This document shows, in pieces, positions 14,051 to 26,599 of a stretch of 64,000 bases of DNA. The notes under the pieces are model-generated. The model was not told the origin of the DNA. It did no database searches and saw nothing but the letters and a program-made list of their open reading frames with translations. The DNA is taken from contig NW_003526944.1 in assembly GCF_000181795.1 (NCBI RefSeq), positions 615,383 through 679,382 on the forward strand. Direction: 5' to 3'. The DNA comes from Trichinella spiralis (taxonomy: Eukaryota). Numbering within the stretch: position 1 is the stretch's first letter; every line of letters begins with the position of its first letter. Made by a program: the position numbers and the translations under genes.

Positions 14051-14945
14051 TTTCATATTCACATCAATCAATATGGTACCGGTAGGTTCTATATGGTAAT
14101 TGCCGATGTAAGCCATGCATCGTTATAATCTCGAAATGTTTTTTTTTCTTTCCAGTTCTGCTTTTTAAGTATTATGCATATGTGTGAGTGAATAACAAAT
14201 TGAAATACAATAGAAATATTATTTGATATTATTTTCTAGAAATGCAACCATTTTGAATTTTATATTTCATCATCTGACCGGTCACTTTTCCTTCATATAT
14301 GCAGAACAACAAGTAAGTAAGGCAATGATGTTCCTGCTGTGTTTATAACTTTGTGACAATTTTTTGTGAAATGAATCTATAAAGTGTAATGAAACTGAGA
14401 TACAGCCATATTATAAAAAGTAATTAAAGACGAATAACAGTGCATCGAAATAATTTTCAAATTTCATTTATTTCGTAAAGTAATGTTTTTCCTTGATTTA
14501 TTCAACCTTTTTCTTAGTTTATTTTGTTGTCGATGCATCCACAGTGCACCGTATCAAGTATCCTAACAATCCCGTTGTGATTTTGTCGATCACAGAGTAA
14601 GAATCTATTAGATATCGTTTATAATAACAGTAAAGTACGTGAAAACAGTCGAACAATTTAGGGACCGCTGCGTCCTGTCAAGGTGGTGGTTCCGGTGATC
14701 GATTGATTACATGAACGCTATGGAACAGTTGTTGATCCTTATCGCTTTGGCCATCGTCGGTAGGTTAAGTTGTCATCAATACATTCCAAGTGTGGCGTTA
14801 CAGAAACAAGTTAGTGCTCATTATAACAATCGAAGTGGTTCTGATAGAGTTCCTTTGCAATCTCAGTGTGGGTTTGTTCAGCAAGAAGCAATTATTGTTC
14901 ATTTGGCATCAGTACTTTCCAAATGTGGCATCACAGACAGAGTTG

Positions 14946-16060
14946 AGTAAGTGCATATTTTATTCATAATAGCAATAGATTACATCCTCACCGTCAAGGA
15001 AATACAAAATCCCACCTGGGGATGCACCGCGCGTTTGTTAATGCCGTACCCCGCCCACCGTGTGGTTTTGCTGCTGATCACGAATAGTAAGCAATAATTT
15101 AATATTGTTTTGTATCATTGTAGTGCAACTATATGTTGCAAAGCAGATACGTCAACGTAATTTAAAAAATATAAAGTCGTTGGTGATGCTGCTTTCTGAT
15201 AATGGAAGTTGTTCATATTGCTTTTGATCACAATGGATTAGAGTCGGTATCTTGCCACCGTTGTAGTTCCATTGTAGGTAGTAGCATCAGTGGGTTTTAA
15301 AGTGGTATTACAAATGGTATGTGTTGAATTGTTGTTCGCATTGTGATTTTATTTATACATTTTTAATTTTGAATATTACGTTTTTTACTTTCAGCATTTA
15401 TTATTTCCATGCGCAAATGTCTGATTCATAAGATTGTCTGATTTCAGGTGTTGTAGATCGCTTCCAGCTGTTCAAATCGTTCTGTAGGGAGATTCTGTAA
15501 GTGCATATTTTATTCATAATAGCAATGGATTACATCCTCATCGTCAAGGAAATACAACATCCCACTTGGTGATGCACCGCGCGTTTGTTAAAGCTGGCAT
15601 AATGCCGTACCCCGCCTTCTCAGTGTGGTTTTGCTGCTGATCACGAATAGTAAGCAATAATTTAATATTGTTTTGTATCATTGTAGCGCAACTATATGTT
15701 ACAATGCAGATACGTCAACGCAATTAAAAAATATAAAGTCGTTGGTGATGCTGCTTTCTGATAATGGAAGTTGTTCATATTTTTTTTTTATCACAATGGA
15801 TTAGAGTCGGTATCTTGCCACCGTTGTAGTTCCATTGTAGGTAGTAGCATCAGTGCGTTTTAAAGTCAATTGGTATGTGTTGAATTGTTGTTCGCATTGT
15901 GATTTTATTTATACTATTTAATTTTGAATATTACTTTTTTTACTTCAGCATTTATTATTTCCATACGCAAATGTCTGATTCATAAAGTTGTCTGATTTCA
16001 GGTGCTGTAGATCGCTTCCAGCGGTTCAAATCGTTCTGTAGGAAAGTTCTATCGTCAATG
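14946..16060 (+). repeat. Tandem ~550 bp duplication (intron-like unit plus short exon-like module)
   Basis: Unit start gtaagtgcatattttattcataatagcaat at ~14946 and ~15497; both end tctgatttcag|gtgYtgtagatcgcttccagc. Confidence 0.85.
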
Positions 16061-16413
16061 GTTTCAGGCAATATCTTTAGATGCATTTTGGATGCATAAT
16101 ATGCAGATGAATTTAGAATGCATAAACTGCACTGGAAATGCACTAGGTAAGTGTATTTACTTGTAGCATTAATTATTTGCATACGCAAAGAGTGATTAAG
16201 ATTGTGTTTTAGGTGTTGTAGATCGCCCCTAGCTGTTCCAATCGTTTGCTAGTGTGTTCAATCCTCAAAGAGAAGCTCATTGGTTTCAGGTAAGTTCTTT
16301 GGATTGGTTTAATTCAGACTTAGAATGCATAAACTCCATTTATAGGGTATTGACTGGATCTGCACAGGTAAGTTTCATCGAACCAAGTAAGTATTAATTG
16401 GAATCTATTTGCT

Positions 16414-16494
16414 TAGAGCCGTAATGGGCAGCATATCAAACTAAGATCAAGCAGGATATAAACTCAGTTTGGTATGCTGCCCATTACGGCTCTA
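16414..16494. repeat. 81 bp near-perfect inverted repeat (29 bp arms, 23 nt spacer), TA at both ends; possible mini-MITE or hairpin RNA
   Basis: Left arm tagagccgtaatgggcagcatatcaaact (16414-16442); right arm agtttggtatgctgcccattacggctcta (16466-16494); one T/G mismatch. Confidence 0.9.
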
Positions 16495-16526
16495 CCTTAT
16501 GGGTTACACCGCGACAATGAAATGTA

Positions 16527-17278
16527 ATATGCAAATATTTTTAGCATACCATGGGGCTAAATTTTACAAAAAATCCAAATTTTCGAAAAATTACCAGAGG
16601 CATAGCCTTAGTGCATTTAAAAATTTGCATATTACCTCCAGGATATTAAAAATTTGCATAATCCTTTCCTGAGGGCAAATATAGTGCAAAAATTTGCCCC
16701 GGGCGTAGCCTGAGGGAATATGCAAATTTTTATTTGCCCTGGGGGGTAGCCTGAGGGCAAAGCCTGGGGCTATTTTCAAAAAATTTCCAAATTTTCGAAA
16801 AAATTGCCTGAGGCATAGCCTGAGGCGTAGCCTCAGGGCATAAAAAAAATTTGCATATTACCCCCAGGGGATTAAAAATTTTGCATAATCTTTCCTGAGG
16901 GTAAATATGGTGCAATAAAAACGGCCTGAGGCATAGCCTGAGGGAATATGCAAATTTTTTATTTGCCCTGGGGCGTAGCCTGAGGGCAAAGCCTCGGGCT
17001 AATATTTTTAAAAAATTTCGAAATTTTCGAAAAATTTGCCTGAGGCATAGCCCGAGGCGTAGCCTCAGGGGCATAAAAAATTTGCATTATTACCCCCAGG
17101 GGGATTAAAATTTGCATAAATCCTTTTCTGGAGGGGCAAATATGGGGGCATTAAAACCGCCTGGAGGCATAACCTGGAGGAAATATGCCAATTTTTATTT
17201 TGCCCTGGGGGCGAAGCCTGGAGGCGAAGCCCGGGGGCTATTTTATAAAAAATTTCCAAATTTTTCGAAAAATTGCCT
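16527..17278. repeat. ~224 bp satellite array (GCCTGAGGCATA-rich), left part, ends at gap
   Basis: Anchor gYaaatatRg at ~16676, ~16900 and ~17136; repeated gcctgaggcatagcctgagg subunits. Confidence 0.9.
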
Positions 17279-17288
17279 NNNNNNNNNN

Positions 17289-18310
17289 TGTGTTTCTGGT
17301 AGGGGGGGGATTTCTGTTAGGGTGCCATTTTTTTTTTTCCATAAATAGCCAAATGGAATTACCTTCTTTCATTGGTCCAGAGGAAAATACAAACATTCCC
17401 ACTTGGGTGATGGCACCCGGCGCGTTTTGTAAAAGGCTGGCAATAATGCCCGATACCCCCGCCTTTCATCAGGGGTGGTTTTGTTGCTGAATCACGAAAT
17501 AGTAAAGCAATAAATTTAAATATTTGTTTTTGTATCATTGTAGGCGCAAACTATTTTGTTACAAATGCAGGATACGTCAAACGCAAATTAAAAAAAATAT
17601 AAAAGTCGTTGGTGATGCTGCCTTTCTTTTTTATTGGAAAGTTGTTCATATTTTTTTTTTTATGGGCGGTGAGGGGGGGATAAGTATCTTGCCCACCCTT
17701 GCCCCTCACCAAAGTAGGTAGTAGCATCAGTGCGTTATTAAAATCCAATTTGGTATGTGTTGAAATTGTTGGTTCGCATTGGTGATTTTATTTATACTAT
17801 TTAATTTTGAATATTACTTTTTTTACTTCAGCATTTATTATTTCCATACGCAAATGTCTGATTCATAAAGTTGTCTGATTTCAGGTGCTGTAGATCGCTT
17901 CCAGCGGTTCAAATCGTTCTGTAGGAAAGTTCTATCGTCAATGGTTTCAGGCAATATCTTTAGATGCATTTTGGATGCATAATATGCAGATGAATTTAGA
18001 ATGCATAAACTGCACTGGAAATGCACTAGGTAAGTGTATTTACTTGTAGCATTAATTATTTGCATACGCAAAGAGTGATTAAGATTGTGTTTTAGGTGTT
18101 GTAGATCGCCCCTAGCTGTTCCAATCGTTTGCTAGTGTGTTCAATCCTCAAAGAGAAGCTCATTGGTTTCAGGTAAGTTCTTTGGATTGGTTTAATTCAG
18201 ACTTAGAATGCATAAACTCCATTTATAGGGTATTGACTGGATCTGCACAGGTAAGTTTCATCGAACCAAGTAAGTATTAATTGGAATCTATTTGCTTAGA
18301 GCCGTAATGG
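17289..18310 (+). repeat. Redundant near-identical copy of ~15480-16430 (probable assembly duplication)
   Basis: Identical core (same 77 aa ORF at 15955 and 17838); homopolymer-expanded noisy 5' end next to the N gap at 17279-17288. Confidence 0.8.
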
Positions 18311-18728
18311 ACATCATATCGTACTTGCATCCTGCTAGATATATACACATTTTAACATGCGGCCCATTACTGATCATCGTTAAAGGTTACAATCCTGCGT
18401 CATTGATCGATATGGAAAACCATTCTGCATCTGTGCGTTGGGATACTAAGGTCGCTTCTTGTACTGAAAGTAAATTAGCTTAGTTAGACGTGTACACACT
18501 GTTTTTGCATTCACACATTGTCTTAAAAAATCGATAAGTGCAAAAGAGAATATGTACTTTGTAGCGGAAGGGGAATTTGTGAAAATTATGCAACATCTTG
18601 ACGATGTCGATGCAGAAAAGGATATTCACGGACGTTTGATGTGAAATACGTCAGCATAATGTTATATCAATTTTTAAGATGACTGCAATTTTTTTACTTA
18701 TACCTATTTTTTTTATTTNNNNNNNNNN

Positions 18729-20055
18729 TTTGAATTTTATATTTCATCATCTGACCGGTCACTTTTCCTTCCTATATGCAGAACAACAAGTAAGTAAGGC
18801 AATGATGTTCCTGCTGTGTTTATAACTTTGTGACAATTTTTTGTGAAATGAATCTATAAAGTGTAATGAAACTGAGATACAGCCATATTATAAAAAGTAA
18901 TTAAAGACGAATAACAGTGCATCGAAATAATTTTCAAATTTCATTTATTTCGTAAAGTAATGTTTTTCCTTGATTTATTCAACCTTTTTCTTAGTTTATT
19001 TTGTTGTCGATGCATCCACAGTGCACCGTATCAAGTATCCTAACAATCCCGTTGTGATTTTGTCGATCACAGAGTAAGAATCTATTAGATATCGTTTATA
19101 ATAACAGTAAAGTACTTGAAAACAGTCGAACAATTTAGGGGACCGCTGCGTCTTGTCAAGGTGGTGGTTCCGGTGATCGATTGATTACATGAGCGCTATC
19201 GAACAGTTTTTGATCCTTATCGCTTTGGCCATCGTCGGTAGGTTAAGTTGTCATCAATACATTCCAAGTGTGGCGTTACAGAAACAAGTTAGTGCTCATT
19301 ATAACAATCGAAGTGGTTCTGATAGAGTTCCTTTGCAATCTCAGTGTGGGTTTGTTCAGCAAGAAGCAATTATTGTTCATTTGGCATCAGTACTTTCCAA
19401 ATGTGGCATCACAGACAGAGTTGAGTAAGTGCATATTTTATTCATAATAGCAATAGATTACATCCTCACCGTCAAGGAAATACAAAATCCCACCTGGGGA
19501 TGCACCGCGCGTTTGTTAATGCCGTACCCCGCCCACCGTGTGGTTTTGCTGCTGATCACGAATAGTAAGCAATAATTTAATATTGTTTTGTATCATTGTA
19601 GTGCAACTATATGTTGCAAAGCAGATACGTCAACGTAATTTAAAAAATATAAAGTCGTTGGTGATGCTGCTTTCTGATAATGGAAGTTGTTCATATTGCT
19701 TTTGATCACAATGGATTAGAGTCGGTATCTTGCCACCGTTGTAGTTCCATTGTAGGTAGTAGCATCAGGGGGTTTTTAAAGTGGTATTACAAATGGGTAT
19801 GTGGTTGAAATTGTTGTTCGCATTGTGATTTTATTTATACATTTTTAATTTTGAAATATTACGTTTTTTTACTTTCCGCATTTAATATTTCCCATGCGCA
19901 AATGTCTGATTCCTTAAGAATTGGCCTGATTTCAGGTGTTTGTAGATCGCCTTCCAGCTGTTCAAATTCGTTTCTGTATGGGAAGATTCTGTAAGTGCAC
20001 ATTTTTATTCCATAATAAGCAATGTATTAACTTCCTCCATCAGTCAGGGAAATAC
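18729..20055 (+). repeat. Redundant near-identical copy of ~14252-15555 (haplotype or assembly duplication)
   Basis: Near-identical sequence with a few substitutions at ~19115-19210; noisy 3' end; bounded by N gaps 18719-18728 and 20056-20065. Confidence 0.8.
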
Positions 20056-20065
20056 NNNNNNNNNN

Positions 20066-20300
20066 GGCAAATATGGTGCAATAAAACGCCTGAGGCATAG
20101 CCTGAGGGAATATGCAAATTTTTATTTGCCCTGGGGCGTAGCCTGAGGGCAAAGCCTGGGGCTATTTTTAAAAAATTTCGAAATTTTCGAAAAATTGCCT
20201 GAGGCATAGCCTGAGGCGTAGCCTTAGGGCATATAAAAATTTGCATATTACCCCCAGGGGATTAAAAATTTGCATAAATCTTTCCTGAGGGCAAATATGC
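20066..20300. repeat. ~224 bp satellite array, right end
   Basis: One clean monomer from gcaaatatg (20067) to gcaaatatg (~20290), same sequence as 16527-17278. Confidence 0.9.
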
Positions 20301-21929
20301 AATAGCTTTATTCAGGATCAAAATAATTACCATGGAAATAAGTTAAACGCATCCAAGAAATCTACATTCCCTCCGCCTATTTCTACGCCCTGACGTGAAA
20401 TCCCTTCGATCTTCGTCCCTGAAAATGGTTTACCGGTGTCAGCAATCCACGGACAAGCAGCCATATGCAGCATTTCTGATGTGCTATAATGCAACTCATT
20501 TACTCTGGTTCAAAGTAATCTCCCTAAACATGAAGTTATTACATTAGGCGTTACAGCGTACGGTCTGAAGCTTACCTTCATGCTTTACACATTTATACTA
20601 ATCCAGGAACCACTACCTGTAACGCCTATCAGGTACCCTGTTAAAGGAATGGGCGAAATCTACTTACCTTTAAGATAGGTGTCCATTCTCCTCCCTATAG
20701 CACGGCCACATCCCAACGGCGATAGACTGCCATGATGTAAATTCCACATCTCTAGAAGTGCTTACCTTTTCATCCGCTTCAACGTCTGACAACTACAAGG
20801 ATCACTTACCTCACTCTTGGGGGACTGGTTACAGCTGCCGGGTTACGGACGCCATCCACGATAGACGGCGATGAATTCGGCTCCTGATCTTCGTCGTCTC
20901 TGAAAGTTTAACTTTTCCACTGTCGCCGGTAGCTGTCAGGCGTCTGACACTTGCCTGACAGCCTGACCAACTATCAAACTGGCCAATCAATGCAACGTTG
21001 CGGCTGCAATCCACGAACGACGAATTTGACTTCTGGTCTTTCTTCATCGTCCCTAAAGCTACAGTGTAAAATTACTTACCTTTACCACTGTCGTTCCCCT
21101 GCGCCGTTTCGACTGACTCGCTTCCTGTCAGACTTCCCTCAGCTGGTTGTGGTGGGATAATGCTGGCAAGTCGAGGCAATGTTGCAGCGGTAATTCCAAA
21201 AGCTTTTCTACCTGCACTCAGCCGCCGTGATCTTCTGTTGCCGGCAAAGGCATTCAACTAAAAGTCGAATTCTGACCGCTGGTTGTCTACTTCGCTTTCC
21301 CATTTCATCTACACGCAGAAGTGCATAGAATCCGTCCCTGGCCATCGAAGTGGCCTACGTTGATGTGGAAGATTTGCCAGCGTGGCCCATTCACGCCTGC
21401 TTTCAATGGACTTGTTCGGTCTTGAACTCTGTACCGCTGCATTGTAAATGGCGGTTGAGCTGGCAGAACGCCCGTGGACGTTCAGGATGCAATTGAGGAA
21501 ACTGTCAGATTGCTACGACTGGAAAACGCTGGAGTCAGATGGACCGGGGGGAAGCAACGACGTGATCGACCGTCTTCAATTTTTTCATTTTCATTTTTCA
21601 TTGTCGACATTTTCGCTTCCGCTACAGTGGCATCTTTTTAATCTGCTGTTAGGCGAGAAGCATAAAATCTGAGCGACTGACCATGAGACTGGAATATGAC
21701 AATCAGCGCTAGAATTGATGTTCATTTCTGATTTGGTTCATGACGCCCTTGTACCGTACATCTTCAAATAAATAGAATCCTGAAAACAAATTATATTAAT
21801 ATAGTTATATCAAAGTAAAAAGCAGAAATTTATACTTCTATAGCTTCAGTAACTGATATTTGTATCTGAAAGTTAAGAACAGCAATTCCAATTAAAATAA
21901 CCAATACATTCCATACACCATAAATGTAT

Positions 21930-22300
21930 AATCATGCTAATGACATGCATACAACAGCCACACTATGTCAAATGTAACGTACCGCTTATTTGTAATAAAC
22001 ACAGTAGTTGTTTAAACATATATAACGTTGGAAAGAAACATTAGAGTTGACCATGTGCATTACCGCTGACATGGTAATGAATCGAGCAACTAAAGGTGAA
22101 CGCAGCACTCTGAAATAGGATGGAACGAAGTAAATTATGCAAATAAGCAAGGTCAGGTAAAATAACCTAATTTTCCATCATAAGTAGCGTAGTGCTTTAA
22201 GTATAATGAACACTGAAAGTGTATAGAACGACAAAAGTTATTACGTTATTTACACAGCTTATATTATTTGAAATTTCATTAGTACGCAAATTGATTTTAC
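21930..22300 (-). repeat. Partial extra copy of a ~370 bp module of the duplicated segment
   Basis: Matches ~23000-23350 directly and ~13540-13890 in reverse complement (gctgacat..., ctctgaaat..., ttatgcaaataa, ttattacgt). Confidence 0.7.
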
Positions 22301-22849
22301 TCAAATTATGAAAATCCGTTAACCTGATACAATGAAAACCATTAAAATGTTGTGAATTCCTATGCATAGTACGCAGTCAATATAAATGATAGCATTACTT
22401 ACTTATCGTGTACAAATGACGAGAATAGACAAGTTACGTTATTCAACATAAAATTTGAAGATATCTAAAAAATGAGTGTCATAGAAACTGAAATGACTTT
22501 TAGCTTACTCTTTCCAACCAATGTCTTACATATCGCTGTACATCTGAAAACCACCTTTCCAAAATAGTATTCCATTTTCAAAGTTATTAAAATTTAACAA
22601 AAACGAACGAAATGTTAATGCCTGTGTTGAGATTAAGCTGACGTGCTGCAAATGCCAATGCAACCCTACAATCATAATATTAATATAATCACAAAATCAT
22701 ATTGAAATCAGTTTACTATGTACTTGCATTTTCTGTTCACTTTCAAATTTCCAGATTCTTGAAATAGCGGTCTTCTACATTTCTCATAATTTTGCTAGTT
22801 GACAAAGGATCTTGCTATGAGTTAATTCTTGTGAATCCATTCAAAAGTC

Positions 22850-24970
22850 TGAAAGTGAATTAAATTGGAATAATTACCTATTAAAAAAAAGAAATTCGTA
22901 ATTATTTCTCTTCAGCAACTGACAGCAGTATCTAAACGTTTGCAATAGCAATTCGAATGTAAACATACAGATACACGTTAGTTTTCATTCACCACATTTG
23001 TAATGTCATGCAAATTACAAACAATTCCCGCACCACAATGTAAAGTATAACTTACCGCTCATTTGCAATTCACACATTGTACTGAAAAGCAGAATTATAG
23101 TTCATAACGTGCCGCCTGCTGACATGGCAATAAAATGGAAAATGTACTGCTCTGAAATAGTTTGAGGTAATCAGCAAACAATGCAAATAAAGCAATCCAC
23201 TACGCCTTATGTGGAACACCATAATTTTCATCAGTAATAGCGTAGGGTCATAAGAAAAGTAAACAAGTACATTAAATGACAAAGGTTATTACGTTTTTAT
23301 TTACACATCTCATATTATGCAAAATTTCATTAGTATGCATATTGATTTACTAAAATAGAATCAGTTTTCAGAAACAATTGTACAACATAATATATCACTG
23401 CCCAAACGAAATTTCATTCCGTTGCTGTGTAAACACTTTTCTAATCATAAGCTTTGCATTTCATCACCAATAAAGTTTACTTTACAACACCTTTATGTAA
23501 ATTTTTTCAGATCAACACATATAGCAATGCCTTTATGTATTTTACTATTTAAACAAGGAAAAAGAAGTTCTATTTAATGAATTCTCAAGAATACCTCACT
23601 AGAAAATAATTACAAAAATTATTTTGAAAACATTAATAAATTACAATAATGTATGAAAGCAAACATACACTCAGTTGACAACAGAAAGATTTGCAAAATT
23701 TAGCCTAGCCAACATAGCAGACTCCTCTAAATACAACTGATGATATGGAAAAGTTTCCACACATGAGCGGGATGTCAATTATTCTTGGAACTATTCAGAG
23801 GGCAGTGATGGACACAGCACATTTGGTGAGTCAGGGCGGGGGGTGGGTGGAGAAAGGGAAAAGGCAGGAATGAGAATTTGTGATATGGAGTATGTGAAGG
23901 TTGTGTACGTGTACGAGGTGTAAATAATGTACGAAAGCAAACATACACTCAGTTGACAACAGAAAGATTGCAAAATTCAGCCTAGTCAACATAGAAGACG
24001 GCTCTCAGTACAACTGATGATATGGAGAAGCTTCCACGAATGAGCGTGATGCTAATTATTCTTGGATCTATTCAATGGGCAGTAATGGACACACAACATC
24101 TGGTGGGACAGGCGGGGGCAGGAAGGGAAAAGACAGGAAGAAGAATTTGTGATATGGAGTATGTGAAGGTTGTAAGAAAGTGAACCACTTTCCATCATTC
24201 AACTTTCACGCATAGTAACAATGAGTTGTCCTGAACACATCAGTACTAACGGGCTAACGGGGAGGTGAAGCTAATTTTTTCCAGATAGGAAAAAAGAATG
24301 TGCAGCGACATTATTAATGATGCAGTAGCATCAGCAGAATTTTTGGGTCTCAATTTCAACGATATCAGAACTATAGAAAAGGCCGTTCTGACCATTTGAC
24401 TAGAAAAAGGTAAGATTGCTCTCTTGATCACATCTGCTATCCTGTTCAGATTTCTCATTAAGGATTTTAACAAATTCAATGGAGAATAAATAGAATATTT
24501 CATCAACTAGGTATTTAATAAAACGAGGTTCGTTTTCTGAACATTATTTAAAAAGATGATTTAGTGAACTGAGAACGGATGCAATCAAACTTCTATTATG
24601 TTTGCCAAAACTTACCATGTTTAACGCTGAGCATAGGCGGAGAAGTGTATGAAAAAAATAAAAGCAACAAAAAACCAGCAAATACTAAAAACATCCTACC
24701 TGAAAGCTGTCATGTTGGTGATGAAGTATGAATGAAATGCAGAAATGATAAAGTTTTCCAAACGATGCATGCGGTCTGATGACTTTTTCCGCCAACATTT
24801 AGAACGCATTGGCTGAGGGGAAGCACAGCAAGTCAGCTACTTACGCAGCTCAATAATGAAAACGTCACTGGTCCGCCAATAATTATATAATAACCACTGA
24901 AAAATAAACACAGCTTTATATAGAAAATTGCTTTCGGATTTGAATGGCAACAAATGCGTCAAGCATAATG
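22850..24970 (-). repeat. Copy B of the old duplicated segment (inverted vs 11480-14050)
   Basis: Colinear reverse-complement similarity to copy A across several blocks; boundaries approximate. Confidence 0.75.
23650..24175. repeat. Local tandem duplication, unit ~278 bp
   Basis: gaaagcaaacatacactcagttgacaacagaaagat at ~23655 and ~23933; both units end gaatttgtgatatggagtatgtgaaggttgt. Confidence 0.85.
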
Positions 24971-26599
24971 CCGTAGGCAGGGTTCATCATCAAATTAACA
25001 TAAACATACTCTGTTCAACTGGAAATGCATATGTGCCTTTCAGCTTTAAATTAGCTACTACACTAGCACTAGATTTTATGCCAACAGTTGAACAAACCCC
25101 CACTGGACAATTATCTAAACTTTACCGTCCATCTTTAATATACAATACTCCATAGCTGACAACGTCTAGACAACAAAGATTGCTATCTATAAATTGAGTC
25201 ATTACATAATAAGGAATTTTTAAAACTGATCTGACACTGAAGAACAGATAAAACTGAGAACATCAGCAACAGTAAAATATTAAAATGCATCGGGAAAATC
25301 AGAGACAGATGGCAAAGTCTGGAAAAAATGAGATTTCATTCAAAAGAATTGGTTAAGCGGACATCAGTTGATAAAGAATTCTGCAGGTAGAAAAATTTAT
25401 GAATAATTTCAAACATAGCAATACATAAATACGTCACTCCCATAAGTTTTATGAAGAGAATTAAGATTTCATCAGCAGATAAAATAGCAGATTCAATGAA
25501 GAATTGTTCTTGATTATTAGTTGCACTCTACAGCACACCTATATTGTAAAATATTTTATTCGTGTAATCGCATTTATTGTTTAGCGATGGTGGAAAAGCA
25601 CAAGTCATTGAAAAAGATGAGTTTTCATGTAAAACATATTGCAATTATGGTTCTGAATCTTCACAAAATGTCATATATACTAAGAAGGAGGTTTTCAAAA
25701 TTTATCATGAAAACATACTGGGCATGTGATTAGGAATTTATGTATGTTCACTTTGCATAAAACACTTTTCAGTTATGAATAACTTATTTAATAATCCGTT
25801 GCATCTTATGGAAGCATGAAACATAATTTTTCATCTGAAAACATGGCTATAAATAAAACGCACAAGCACATGAGTTTTTCATGCACTGTTCATTTGTTCA
25901 TTTTTATTCCATTTACAATAAACTGTTTTCAGGAATTAAAACAATTAAAATCTTTGATATGCAACGTGAAATCAGTGTTAGACAACGAAATGAAATCAAC
26001 TTAAATAAGTAGAGGCTTGGTATAATTGAGAAGCTAATTCAATACTAAAGATGATGCATCGCAAGCTATTCTGTAACAGTTATTTTAACTAAGCGAAGTT
26101 AAACAAAGCATCCCTTACTACAATTATGTATTAATAAATATTAAAGAGAAACATCGTGGAGAACTGGTTTGAACTGAGATTTATAAATAGATACATTTAT
26201 CGACACTTCGTGTATTGAACAATTAATTTATATTTCACTTTATTCTGGAACCAGTTTAAACAATAATAAAAATAGACTGAAAATAATGATAAATACGATC
26301 CCCAAAAATGTAAAGCATTGCATAAGACTGCATAATGGTTTACAAATCCCTTTTTATCGAAAAAAGACATGCATTGAATGGAAACGATGAGAATCGATTG
26401 AGAAATGACTGCAAATTTATGAGCACTTCATGTACCAAGATCAAAACGCATTTATTCATCAAGTATAGGGCAGTTTATGGTGAATCTCCAAACAATTATC
26501 TCTCATCTCCAAAAAACCTGAATTGTTCAAAAGTATCGAATATCAATGCAACGTTCATTCACTACAACAGTTTCTCTCTTCTGTAATAATCAAATTCAT

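Noticed and set aside
14711..14950. 79 aa ORF with signal-peptide-like start, repeated at 19189
   Set aside because: The second copy is probably redundant assembly; the ORF runs into a donor and no convincing downstream coding exons could be built. Not excluded, but unsupported.
15816..15870. Faint resemblance to the 5' half of tRNA-Lys (ggtagtagcatcag...ttttaa)
   Set aside because: No T-loop GTTCRA, no acceptor stem, wrong spacing.
16527..17278. Regularly spaced repeats resembling a CRISPR array
   Set aside because: Intervening sequences are repeated rather than unique, the context is eukaryotic and there are no cas genes.
18310..18718. Apparent inverted or variant loop in the second hairpin copy
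   Set aside because: It aligns in register to the forward copy with scattered errors, consistent with a degraded read tail before a gap.
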